Source: Okamejei kenojei (Eukaryota). From it: 64,000 bases of DNA. The position numbers were made by a program, and so were the translations under genes. The notes under the pieces are model-generated. The model was not told where the DNA came from. It saw only the letters and a list, made by a program, of their open reading frames with translations, and searched no databases. Shown piece by piece: positions 48,235 to 60,489 of the stretch (positions are counted from its first letter, which is position 1; each line of letters starts with the position of its first letter). The DNA lies in contig CM069163.1 of the NCBI GenBank assembly GCA_035221665.1, positions 15,748,001 to 15,812,000 on the forward strand, given 5' to 3'.

Positions 48235-49533
48235 ACATGACCTATACCCCATCAAACTTGTATAAACTTTGAGAGGTACATAACCCCATGTTTTCCTTGG
48301 ACATGCTATAGGAATGAAATAACTCCAGGATATCTGGTGTGGACGGGACTTAATGGGGAATGGTTCAGTAGCATCAGTGTAGGCTGGTTCTTGGGAAGGA
48401 GATGGAGTTGATGGACTGGCACGCTGTGATGATCAGTGAGATGTGCTCAATGGAGTTTTCTCGGCCTTGATGCCCATTTTTATTGCTCATAATGAACCGT
48501 ACCTGGCGGTTGGTCATGATGAGTGGGATAACACTATCCTTGGATGAGAGCCACAAATGGTGTCGGATCAGTTATGATCTGTAAGAGAAGACTTGTGTCC
48601 CTGATATTGAATCTGCAGTGCCTGGGTTCTAATTTATTTATTTAAAGCTATTGTAATGTGGGATGAGTTGCTGCACAAGAGATCAGTTTTCCTTTCTCTG
48701 GCCACCTTGTAGCAAGAGAAACAGTTCCAGTGTGGCGACGCCTGGACTCACAACGTGCAGTGCACCCTTGCAAAGGTTTTTAACTACGGTGTCTACCACC
48801 CCCTCCTCCAGTCCTCCCCGGCCCCACGACTGCAACCTGTTGATATAATTCTGTAATCAGCTCAGTAAGGAGACCAACCTGGATTTTGATTAGGAGTTGG
48901 GAGCGGCTGGAAAGGCGATCCTCATCACATGCTAAATTGTAACTCTGCCTTGTCGCTGGATGTGTGATTGACCAGGTGGGTGGAAGCGTCAGAAGTCTGT
49001 TTGTTATTTTGCCAAACTGCTTGGATTATTGAACATTTTCTGCAAATGTAGCAGGCTCAAAACTTTAAATTTCTGACCCTTCTTTCGGTGTTGTGTTTGG
49101 AATCCTGGTTTGGCAGTAGAATTTTGATTATAATTATCCTCTTGTCAATTAATTCCCTCCAAAGCTTGCATGTGCATTGAGGGTTCAAGATAAGAAGCGT
49201 GTCTGCCTGTGACCCATTGTGTAATAGAAATTTGTTACTCTGAGGGTGAGACCATTTGCTTACAACAGATATTGATGAAGCAGTCTCCTCAGATTTCTTA
49301 AACCGTGTGTGGGATTTGAGTGCTCAAAGTCATCCTGATAAAGATTCCCAACATGACCTATACCCCATCAAACTTGTATAAACTTTGAGAGGTACATAAC
49401 CCCATGTTTTCCTTGGACATGCTATAGGAATGAAATAACTCCAGGATATCTGGTGGGGACGGGACTTAATGGGGAATGGTTCAGTAGCATCAGTGTAGGC
49501 TGGTTCTTGGGAAGGAGATGGAGTTGATGGACT
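48235..49533 (+). repeat. 183-bp near-identical direct repeat pair (48235-48417, 49351-49533)
   Basis: ACATGACCTATACCCC...GAGTTGATGGACT in both copies; one mismatch seen. Confidence 0.9.
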
Positions 49534-49714
49534 CAAGAATAAATTCCTTCTCATCTCGGTCTTAAATGGGTGATGCCATATTTTGCCCCTCCTGTACCAT
49601 ACCTCATAATAATGGGCACATCTGCTTAGGTGACAGGTGATGCATCCTTGCGTAAGGTACCTCAATTACTGTATCAAGGAAGGATGGCCAGCAAGTTTAT
49701 ATAAATTTGTCAAA

Positions 49715-49861
49715 AACCTCGCAAAGACACCGTTAATAAAATATGACAATGTGCACTTTAACCACATATGATTTTTTTTCTATTACAAATCCCAAATTGT
49801 GTAGTATAGAGGCAAATAAATAAATAATGGGTCTTTGTCCCAAACATTATGGAGGATACTG
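49715..49861. mobile_element. Tc1/mariner-like terminal fragment
   Basis: Ends ...GTCCCAAACATTATGGAGGATACTG followed by TA (reverse complement starts CAGT); no partner TIR seen. Confidence 0.5.
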
Positions 49862-50112
49862 TATAAAACCGGGGTGCTCTTGCCTTGATTTTGTAGGTTG
49901 TCAATATGATGGTGTACATTAGCTGTTCATTCAGTCAGAAATGCTTTGTAATTTTAGCATTATGTTTTTAGGAATCCATAAGATAGATGCTCTAATATAG
50001 ACAAGCAAGTTCCAACATGGAATGCCCAAAGACACTTGCCTTCCAGGTTGATGACCCTTCTCCACAGGTGCTGCCCGACTAACATTTCCTGTGTTTGGTT
50101 TTTGTTTTCCAG

Positions 50113-50453
50113 ATTCCTTGAGCTGATGGATAATAAGAATCGGAACTTCAATTCTCCCTTGGCAGGCAATGAGCAAAGCCCATCATCGGGCTCACAGTCA
50201 CCTGTGGTACCACCAAGCTCGGCTTCCACCACCAACTCCAGCCCAGGGACTCCTCAGCCTTCTGTCCAAGCACCACCTACTCCGTCAATGTCCCCTCTCC
50301 CTCCATCTGTGTCCCCCGCTGCTGAGCCATCTGTGCCGGTCAGTGCCCCGTCTCCTGCCAGCACCCAGGCTGCGCCCATGGTTCAGAAACGCAGCTTCAT
50401 GTCCCGACTCTTTGGATCCTCCTTCGCGTCTGATACTCCAGCCACACCGTCTG
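50113..50453 (+). CDS. RABL6: RABL6 coding exon 9 (Pro/Ser-rich)
   Basis: ttccag acceptor, G|gtaagg donor, 341 nt; FLELMDNKNRNFNSPLAGNEQSPSSGSQSPVVP...KRSFMSRLFG. Confidence 0.94.
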
Positions 50454-51648
50454 GTAAGGACTGAAACAATGCCAGGAATACACAATGTTCAAGGATAGTT
50501 GGAACAAAAATCTCCTTCAGATGGGGTACAGGAGGCATCAAGGGCCAGGTATTCCAGAGGCAAAGCAGGCAGGAGTTCTTCTGTCAGTGGAGAACTTCCT
50601 ATTGTCAGTGGTCACAGGGGACCACTTGGGATTCTGTTGCTATGGAGAATCAAGGGAAGTGCACTCGACAGGTAGAATGAGTTAAGATAAGGGGAATACT
50701 GGAAGAGCGAAGATAGTGGGGATTATAACAGGGAATAGGCTGGATGCTCCCATTTTCCATATTAATGCAGGGAGAAAAGTGGTAGAATGAGGACATCCAT
50801 TGTCAATCTCCTCATTCTTTATTTAGGATGTTCATGTTACCAGTAAAAGCAGTCTGGTGGCCCACTAAATGAGTTTTCCAAGTTCTGTCAGTGAATAGTT
50901 AATTGCCACTCAATTTATCCGTATAATTTTAAAGCAAAGTACTTTAGAATCTGGATGTCTGAAATAAAAATTGAAATATTGGTAGTTGGATGGCAATTGT
51001 GGAGAGAGAATCAGAATTTTTTTTTTCTAACCAATCTTCCTTTGGTTTTAATCCATTGTTGTTTTCCTAACTGTTCAAAATTGCATCAGTACACATCCTC
51101 CAAGGCCTCAGTGCCGCTGCTTCCTTCTTTCTCTTATTTTACACAAGTAAAGCGAGCAACATTGCAGTTTGAATGTTTGCTTCATTGATCCCAGACTGTA
51201 AATTCAATGTTCTAGTAGTCCTTTCTTTTGTCACAACTGATTGAATTGGTACCTCCTTGTCTTTCTTATCAGCAACAAATTTTCTCTGGTTGGGCAGAAG
51301 GTACAAAAACTTGAAAAACACCATATTCTTTCTTGTTGTTGTCGGACTCTTGAACTGACCTCTCTAATGCCTGGGATGAATTTCCCAATCGTCCAATCTA
51401 TTTCAATGCAGTCTTTGCACTTTTTTTCAATTTGCACTTTTTCTGTAGCTGTAGCACTATATTCTGTATTTTGTTAAATTTGTCTTTGCACTCCCTGTGT
51501 ATGGTATGGTTGGCCTCGATAGCATACAAAACAAAGTTTTTCTCTGCACCTCAGAACACATGACATCAATAAATCAATTAATGGTCCTCTGTTCCCCAAT
51601 GCTTGTCTCTCAATTTCCTTGCCCATGTTCTCTCCCCTTCCTATGCAG

Positions 51649-51796
51649 ATGCAGTAACTCCTGTGTCCCCTGAGGAAGATGGCAAGACACAATGTGTTGA
51701 TGATTTTGTCCCTGATGAGGGATTGGACAAGAACTTCTTGGATGATCTGGCACCTCAGAAGGAAAGGCTAAATGTGGCAGGGCAGGGGAGTGACAG
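51649..51796 (+). CDS. RABL6: RABL6 coding exon 10
   Basis: atgcag acceptor, AG|gtgggg donor, 148 nt; ...TQCVDDFVPDEGLDKNFLDD...GSDS. Confidence 0.92.
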
Positions 51797-52966
51797 GTGG
51801 GGCTTTTGGCACATTCACACCTACTGTTCATTTCAAAACCTACCAATTAATGGGCCTTGAAACGAGGACGACAACTCTCAGATTTCATCATGAATGTCGG
51901 CCTTGAATCTCGTTTAATGATTTACTTTTCTCAATTTCATGATAATCTAAAGAAATGAAATGTTAACGATGAATTCTGTAAGCAGCATTCAATGGGATTG
52001 TTATTACACTTGTGGTGAGAGGCAGAGATGGTTATTAATGGAAAGTGGGGGTACAGATGAAGAAGGTTTGTGCAGGAACTGGTGTTTATGGTAAGTGGGA
52101 TTAGCACAGTGTGAGACAGTGTAAATGGTTCTTTTTATCCATGTTTAGTAACTGGGCGTTGCTGCCAAGGGCAACATTTAACCAATGTTGAGCTACCTCC
52201 TTGAACCACCTGGTGTAGATGTTCCCACAATGCCATTGGGGTAAGACTTCAGGGTTGCAATCTTGCAACGTTGGAGGAACAATAATATATTTCCAAGTTA
52301 GGTTACTGTGCGACTTGGAGTGGTTTTAAAATGAACGTGATTTGTACAAGACAGGACATGGCATTATTGCCAAGTAGAATTGGGACTATGGAGGAATTAA
52401 ATGGGATTAGCATTGCACAAAAGGTGGTATTGGGAGTCGGATTAGCACCAGTCAGGGAGTGTTGTTTGTGAAGACTGCGATTCACACTATGTAGGAGGAT
52501 GAAGGGACTGGGAGTGATGAGTGCGAGGTACACTGCTGCTTTGGCAGTAAAGTGTTTGTCTTGTCCATGGGAGATGATAGATTCTTTGTAAATCTAGTCT
52601 CTGTTTCTTCCTTTCTTACAGGGTGGGGACAGGAGGAAGAGGCTATTAGTGGTGAGTAGAATATACCTTGTGCAGGATGGGCACAGGTGCAGTTAGTGGG
52701 TTTGGTGTTACACAGGATGAGCACAAAGTAGGCTGGTGTTGGTGGTGAATGGATCAGTGTCCTGCTTGGGGGGGGGGGGGCAGTATTAGTGAAGAATGGG
52801 GTAATTGCAGTGTAGAGGAGGTGGGTGAAGTAGAGTTGATGAAAGGAGCTGCTTAAATGCAATTCTAATTGAATGTGTGGTGGAGATAGTGATGGCCAGA
52901 GTGACCGTAAGAGGAGCAGAAAGATCAATTTCCCCCTCACCCTCAACTCCCCTTTACACCAAAGAG

Positions 52967-53973
52967 TAGCAATGTTACAACATTTTGAGATTTAAAAAAT
53001 CAAGTCTGCAGTTTATCCCATCAGCTAAAGCATAAAAAGAAGTTTAATTTGACACCTAATGCACTTTCATATCTGCAGTATTAAAAAACCTATGGCCATT
53101 TTCATACTCGGAAATTAGCATCTTGTACCCTATTGCTTTTCCATTGACTTAACACAAAAGCTGTGATCGAGGACAGTCAAAAGCCCAAAACTTTCTTAAA
53201 AATTTAAGAGAACTGAAATAATTTTTCAGTTATTATAGATTGAAGCATTCTGAAATAAATATGAAACAATCTTACTTGGATGACCTGAAATTAAAGCATA
53301 TAATTAGTTAGTTACCTAATTGTAGCTAATTACAAAAGTCAATTACTATATCTAAACATCTATCCATTTCTTAAGAAAAGGTTAACATTTTTAAATAGCC
53401 TAAGTGTCCAAATAACATTGACACAAGAATTCACAATATAACATGATTTTAAAATCTCATTGTCATTAATTTATAGGCCAAATGGAAGGAATTTAGTGTT
53501 TAATTCCCGTAAATTAAAGGCCATTTAAATCATCTTGCGAGTGAGATTTTGTGGAACCCGATCGTTTGGAACGTTGCATTTGCGGTGAATCTAATATTTA
53601 CATAATCACATTTTCGCATCGTGAAATTTTGATAAAGGCATCATAAGAAGCATGTTTATATGTAAATATAACGACTTTCCTGTACCTGTCCCATACGTGA
53701 GATCCGTCCCGTTGCCGGCGTTCAAGGCTTTAGAAGACAAATTTAATTTTACTCCTGCTATTAAATTATCCATCGCTAATTTTAATAAACCTGATACAAC
53801 GGCAGTCGGAGCGATTATTCTTCAGCAACTAAACAGCCTGACAAAAATCGATTTGAACAGGTTGGAGAAAAACTGCATTTTAAACCCGCCCCCCTCTCAA
53901 AGGCGCCAAAGTCGCGCACACGGCCAGTGACAGAACTGCAGCGCCGCTGAAGATAAGTTTTGAAACATACCTA
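52967..53973. mobile_element. ~1-kb non-autonomous DNA transposon, TAG...CTA termini, 7-bp TSD
   Basis: Imperfect TIRs TAGCAATGTTACAA / TTGAAACATACCTA; CAAAGAG at 52960-52966 and 53974-53980; AT-rich interior sharply unlike the flanks. Confidence 0.75.
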
Positions 53974-55422
53974 CAAAGAGGCTTTCTCAACGTACAATGA
54001 TCCATCTTGCACAAGATCTGCAGAGAAAACATTCTTCCTGGTTGCAGTCGTCAAGATTCTAGATTCCCCGAAGGGGAAACTTTGCATCTGCTTTCAATGA
54101 TATCAGACTCTTGCACTTTCAACACGTTCACTTCTCATCGTTCTATATTCCTAGACCCAACTTGCCTATTAGTTCCTCTTGACAGCCTTGTCGCCTTCAT
54201 CTACTCAGTAATATAGATTAAAATTAGCTGAGCTGCAGCATGATCTCTGAAGCCCCTCACAAGTGCAGTGTATCATTATTTGCAAGGGACTGAGGATTGA
54301 ATTGCCATTGGTTGGACAAATGTCCCATAAATTCATTGTTTTAATGAATAAATAACAATAAATCAAGTGATCTAGGGTTTGTTGCACTGAGGTAAAAGAT
54401 CTGCCAGAATCTTATTGAATGGTGGAGCAGGCATGATTGGCTGAAAGGCATTTCCTGCTTATCATTTGACTCATTACCTGGGCAATTGAAACTATGCCAG
54501 TGGAAATGTCCAACACTCTCCTGACCCAGGATTTGCAGCCCAACTTATTAGGGTACTCTGCGCCTGCCCTATGTCATTGCTTCCGGCTGCCCTACTGGCC
54601 AGGTACAGCAGAAGCTCGGTGTGTGCTGACACTTGGTATTTACATGCTGGGTTCTGTCCATCTTCAATGGCAGCTGCTCACAAAGGTCAGGCCAATGTTG
54701 GCGATGTTCCTTTCCCTTTGTCTGTGTGTAGGGCCCTTTGTGAAAAGTGGAAGCCGATTTAGGTGATTGCAACAACTATGCGACAGGGAAAGGATTCACC
54801 ACATTGACCAAGCGTCTATTTTCATGGTCTTATTTCTGGCGAAGAATTGTGTGCACTTATCATTTAAAGGTTATTGCAGCCTGTGTAGCTTCTTAAGAGC
54901 TTGGATGCTCACTGAGCAGGAAGTGAAGGAGCTTAGAGAGATCAAAGGAATGGAAGGACGTGGAAAACCAGGTTATGGCTGTCTGATATAGGAGACTGAT
55001 TGTGGTGCAGTAATTGCAAAAAATATGCAGATCATTCAGGTCTGTGGAATGTGATGGGTCACGGGGAAAGGACCAGATTCCTATGTCAGTCTGTGTGCCG
55101 AGTGAGGTGGCATCCGAGGAGGTATATGGGACAGGAGAACCTTGTGAAGGGTTTACAAATGAGGTGAAGTAAATTGGCAGCCTCACGAAGTGATGGGAGT
55201 CTTTGGAAAGACAAATATGGTGGGGCTTGGACTGGGGATATGGGACATAGGTGGAAGGTCACAGGCACTGATGTGCTTAGTCCAGCACAAGTCCAGCAGA
55301 GACCACTGTGTGGAGGGTGTGGTCATGTGCAGAGTGCCGGGGAACACGGGTGCCTGCTCTGTGATGGAAATGGTTGACCAGCTGTATTATCCACTGACCC
55401 TGCCTGTCTTTCTCTGCTGCAG

Positions 55423-55599
55423 TGAGGGCGAGAGGCAGGGCAATCCCATGGTCGCTGGCTTCCAGGATGATTTGGATTTTGATGACCAGGTGCTACAGAA
55501 GCCCAGTGTGAAATCGCACATTCCCAGTAAAGATATAACCCTGTCCAGTGACGAAGATGAAAATGCAAAAGTCGCCAGGAATATGGATCCATTAAAAAG
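55423..55599 (+). CDS. RABL6: RABL6 coding exon 11
   Basis: ctgcag acceptor, AG|gtcagt donor, 177 nt; EGERQGNPMVAGFQDDLDFDD...PSKDITLSSDEDE. Confidence 0.93.
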
Positions 55600-55679
55600 G
55601 TCAGTGCTTCATTATTGGGGAATGGAAGGAAATATGCAATGCTAAGGTTGGAGCCACAGCTCCTTACATAGAGATACCC

Positions 55680-56410
55680 AGTGGGTTGACACAAAAGTGG
55701 GTTGTTTTGTCGATAGTGAGGATGATTGTCACAATTTGCAGCAGGATCTTGATCGGTTGGGCAGATGGGCTGAGGAATGGTTGATGGAATTTAATACAGG
55801 AAAATGTGGGGTGTTGCATTTTTGGAGCACTAAGATGGGCAGGACTTGCATGATAAACGGTAGGGCTCTGGGGAGTGTTGAGGAGCAGAGGGATATAGGA
55901 GTACAGGTACATAGTTTGTTGAAAGTGGCATCAATGGTTGATAGGGTGGTCAAAAAGGCATCAGCCAGAGCATTGAGTTAAGATATGCAGTTGTATGAGG
56001 TTGTTGAGGCTGCATTAAAGTATTGTGTTCAGTTTTGGGCATCATATTCTAGGAAAGATGTTGTCAAGCTGGAAAGGGTGCAGAGAAGATTTACAAGGAT
56101 GGTGCTGGGACTCGAGGGCCTGAGCTATAGGGAGAGGTTGAGCTGGCTATGACTATTCCTTGGAGAGCAGGAGGATGAAGGGTGATCTTAATGAGGTGTA
56201 CAAAATCATGAGAGGAATAGATTGACGAGGTAGTTGAGGCAGGTACTGGCGCAACGTTTAAGAAACATTTAGAAAGGTATATGGATAGGACAGGTTTTGA
56301 GGGATATGGGCCAAACACAGGCAGGTGGACTAGTGTAGATGGGGCATATTCGCCAGTATGGGCAAGTTGGTCCGAAGGACCTGTTTCCACTCTCTAAGAC
56401 TCTATGACTA
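55680..56410 (+). mobile_element. CR1-type LINE 3' fragment
   Basis: Peptide LQQDLDRLGRWAEEWLMEFNTGKCGVLHF; tandem-repeat tail near 56400. Confidence 0.88.
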
Positions 56411-56826
56411 TAACCAGCCCTAGTGCCTAACGTCTCATAAGCAATCCACTGAGGGATGTTAGTGGTCCAGATTAAGGGTCCCGAGCCAAAACTGTCCGTT
56501 CAGATTTCTAGCGCCTGCAACTTTTATTTTCCACTTAATTAATATTATTCTTTCCCATTTTTCTCACAACAAATTTACTTCTCTTTTCTTTTCCTTAAAT
56601 TCCATCCATGACATCATAAATGTTTTATGCCTGAAATGCAGAAGTATCTGAATCAATGAATGAATATTCTATGTTAACATTGTCTAAATAAGCTGATCAC
56701 GAGCCTCGCTGCCTAAATTTCTTCTCCAGCAGCCTAAGTTCGGAGTTTATTATTGAGAAGTAATGCTAAAATTGAGCAGATAGCAAAATTATCCATTGTG
56801 CACATTACTTTCCCATTCCTTTCCAG

Positions 56827-57166
56827 GCCTTCCAAAAATTTGTTAACATCCCAAGACGGATTCTCAACCAAAGCCACTGAACGTAGCTCCGGCATTATCT
56901 CTTCTGCACTCATCCAACCTATGGGCCAGCCTGGCAATGCCCTCTTGTCCCCCATCTCTTTGACAACTGTACTAGCCCCGGTACTAGCCCCGGTGCCAGG
57001 TCCACTACATATGACGGAAGGCAAAGACCTGAGTAAAGCTCAGGCAGACAAATGCAGAGAGTCGTCTGAGAGCGACCTTGACGGGCCGATCGCCGATCAG
57101 CTGCTCTCCTTTGTACTGGATGACCCTGACTTTGAGAGTGACGATTCTGGGAAAAGACCAAAACTT
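56827..57166 (+). CDS. RABL6: RABL6 coding exon 12
   Basis: ttccag acceptor, CTT|gtaagt donor, 340 nt; ends with conserved SSESDLDGPIADQLLSFVLDDPDFESDDS; contains a 12-bp duplication (VLAP twice, 56969-56992). Confidence 0.9.
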
Positions 57167-57836
57167 GTAAGTTTCTGGACTCTAAGTTTTCATCTCCTGA
57201 ACATGAAAACATCTAAGTTTTCGTGTTCTTTGATTTTGGAGTGGTTGGGGGAGGGAATGGTGCAATTGAATAAAATGACCAATTTCAGACAGAATCAGCA
57301 GTACATTTCCAAAGCGAGCTTGAGTGGGAAAACTACTTGAGCTTTGTATAGGGAATGGTGTTTCCTGATCATTCCTGTGATGCTGCCTGCTCATTGATGA
57401 CCAGTGTACAGACTTGCTGAGTTCCAGTGCACAGCATTGCAGTCCAAGTGTGTAACTGAGGGGGAGGGGCCCAGGGTGTCAAGGGAGACATAATTGGAGA
57501 AGGAGAACTCGCCTATTCTTTCCAAAGTAAAACTGGGATCTTGTCAGATTTTCCATCCTCTCCCCCACTGAGAGGCCATGCCATTCCATTTGAATGATGC
57601 CTGCGATTGTGCCATACCTAGTCTGTACAACACTCGTGTCTTGTCCCGGGTTTCGGCTGAAGTCTGTGGGATGGGAATATGATCCACAGATTCTGACTGA
57701 AGATGAGAGCCCTAGGTGACACTACACTCTGGACCAGGGCCTGGTTGCAACCTCCCTGGATCACCTGATTTTAATTTTTCTGAATGTGCTCTCCTTTTCC
57801 TTTGTGTTGCCCTGACTCTTCACCCATTTTCGGCAG

Positions 57837-58014
57837 GAGGAGTTTCCTGTTCGAGAGGACAGCTCCGAGCTCTCTGACGATGATTTTGACTCGGCTCAGC
57901 CCAGCACGCCAGTGAAACCCCTGGTGCGAGTCGTGAAGAGGGCTGATAACCTGGACATCTTTGGCTTGGGCACCGTCAACAAAAGCCCCGCGGCCCTGGA
58001 GAGCACTGATGAAG
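57837..58014 (+). CDS. RABL6: RABL6 coding exon 13
   Basis: ggcag acceptor, G|gtgata donor, 178 nt; EEFPVREDSSELSDDD...DIFGLG...ESTDE. Confidence 0.9.
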
Positions 58015-58507
58015 GTGATAGCATGAGGTTGTGCACAAAAACCACTTTGGACTTTAATGACAATTTTAATGCTGGGTTTGATCTTGTACCAATGCTTAGA
58101 TTACCGCACCTTTCAAGTTTGCCTGTGTTACCTTATTGCGGGGCACTCGCCTCTGATGGCAAGGTTTATCCTTCACACAGCTATTCATACACCACCTGTA
58201 ATTCCCAATTCTGCAGATGCCGCTTGCTTGTATTCTCGGTGTAGATGTGTATTGGCCTCATATTTAAAGGAGAATTTGATGTGAAAATGCCACAGTTATA
58301 TCATATTGTAAGTCTGGCTTCATGACCCAGACTTACAATCATGACCCAGCCTTGGGAAAATCACTCTGATTCCTGGCTACTCAAAACAGAAAGCCTGCAC
58401 CCACCAGCACTACTCAGCTGTGCCTCAACGTGGACTGGCCAGATATGTTTCCTTTTTTTGCCAGCCGTTTACTATAGAAAAAAAAAGCGGAGAGTTGGGG
58501 AGGGGAA

Positions 58508-58619
58508 GTAGGCACAAGTCTCGCTACTTCTGCTCAGATTAATTGAATTGTTAAATTTTAGTCGTAGGCACAAGTCTCGCTACTTCTGCTCAGATTAATT
58601 GAATTGTTAAATTTTAGTC
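58508..58619 (+). repeat. Perfect 2 x 56-bp tandem duplication
   Basis: GTAGGCACAAGTCTC...TAAATTTTAGTC at 58508-58563 and 58564-58619. Confidence 0.92.
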
Positions 58620-59029
58620 AGATAAGTAGCTGAACGGCATTTGGACAGATAGGTGGATAGAAAAGGTCTGGAGGAAAATTTGTCAAATGCACTCAAACGG
58701 GATTAGCATAGTTGGGCATCCTGGTTGACATGGGCGAGTTGGGTCGAAGAGTTTATTTCTATGCTGTATGATGATGGAAAAACTACTCTTGACCATGTGT
58801 TTTGCCTCCTGTAGCATGTACAGCCAGTCCCGTGACGGTTAAAATAAATGTAGCAAAGAGAAGGCAAATAGATTTGAAGCAAATAGACAAATGCTGCCAA
58901 CCTGATGACTAAATGTGGCGTGTCCTGTATTCATTGACAACGTGTTTGGTGGTTGGCTCGAGAAACAGTTTCTGATTCTTCTCGGCCTTTCATGGAGTGC
59001 ATCATTGGTTCTGCCCCTATCCACACAGA

Positions 59030-59490
59030 TCTCAGTTTAGTTTATGGTCACATGTACCGAGGTACAGTGAAAATCTTTTTTTGCTTGTTATCCAGTCCGC
59101 GGAGAGATAATACCTGATTACAGTCGAGTCATTCACAGTGTACAGATCATGATAAGGGAATAATGTTAGTGCAAGGTAAGGCCAGTAAAGTCCGAATAAA
59201 GATGGTCTGAGGATCCCCAATGAGGTAGATAGTAGTTCAGGAGTGCACTCTGGTTGCAGTAAGGTGATGCAGTAGCCTGATAACAGCTGGGGGAAAAACT
59301 GTCCCTGAATCTGGAGGTGTGCGTTTTCACGCTTCTATTCCTTTTGCTCGATGGGAGAAGGGAGAAGAGGGGGTGGCCGGGATGTGACTCGTCCCTGATT
59401 ATGCTGCTGGCCTTGCCAAGGCAGAGTGAGGTATAAATGGAGTCAATGGAAGAGAGGTTGGTTTGTGTGATGGTCTAAGCCGCATCCATC
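59030..59490 (-). mobile_element. Rex-Babar/RTE-X-like LINE 3' fragment
   Basis: Homologous to 35660-36155 (CCCTGAATCTGGAGGT..., TGATTATGCTG.TGGCCTTGC). Confidence 0.65.
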
Positions 59491-60489
59491 TACTGGTAGA
59501 TAATCCTGAATGGTAAATTCCAGGGCTTGTTTTTCCACATGATGGATCGTAGGCTTGGAACTGCCCATTGCTGCCCGTCTCCTGCCACAGAACTCCAGGT
59601 CTTATTGTGGTCTTCAACATCTGAACAGAAACTAATTGAGATAAACCTGGAATTCAAGAATTAAAGCTAGTTTAAATTACAGTGGCTATGAGATGGCTGG
59701 AATGTTGTAAAAACATAACCTGGCTTATTAATGCTTTACAGGGTTGCCTTTGAAAACTGGTCGGCTGTAAAGTGAGCACTGGGGAATTCAAATAAAATGC
59801 TGGAAATCTGAAATAAAAACAAAATATGGATGAACAGTCTCAGATTTGAAATCTTAACAATTGTTCTTTCCACAGGTGCTGGCTGACCTGTTGAGTATTT
59901 CTGCATTGTCTGTCATTGTGTCAGGGAGCTCCATCCTTGCTCTGTCCAGGAGGAGCAGGTGAGGGCAGAAGTGTGGGAAATAGACGAGAGATAGTCCAGG
60001 GCTTTGTTAGCTGTGCCGGAGTGGAATCCACAGCTCAGGAAGAAAGAGGTCTCTGAGGCATCTGTGTGGAGACAATTGGACATTGGAGCAAATAGGACTG
60101 AGAAATAGAAAGGGGTCCATACAGGAGGCAGGATGGGACAAAGTGTGAGGTCTCAGTGGGTGGTGCTATGCCTTCACTGGCGTTTTGTCACTCGTCTGTG
60201 CCCTGAGTGTTTCCATACAGGTGCCTCTGCGATGTCTTCCTGAACTGTGGCTTCTCCTACACCAAATCGGACAGAGTCCTTGACTGCTTCTTATTTGTCT
60301 CCCACGTTTATCCATCTCTCACCCCCCCCCCCCCCCCCCCCCCTTTTCCTGGACAGAATAAATAAAATTACACCATCTCCCTTTTAGTGTTTCGAAAGGG
60401 GCGTTCCCATTATAACTGCCTAATCTTCTCTTCTGCTCCCACCAGTCTCTCCACTTCGGCATTTTCCCATTGCAGTCATGAGAGATGCA

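Noticed and set aside
60322-60344. 23-nt poly(C) run as a functional element
   Set aside because: Isolated homopolymer whose length is unreliable in assemblies; no supporting context.
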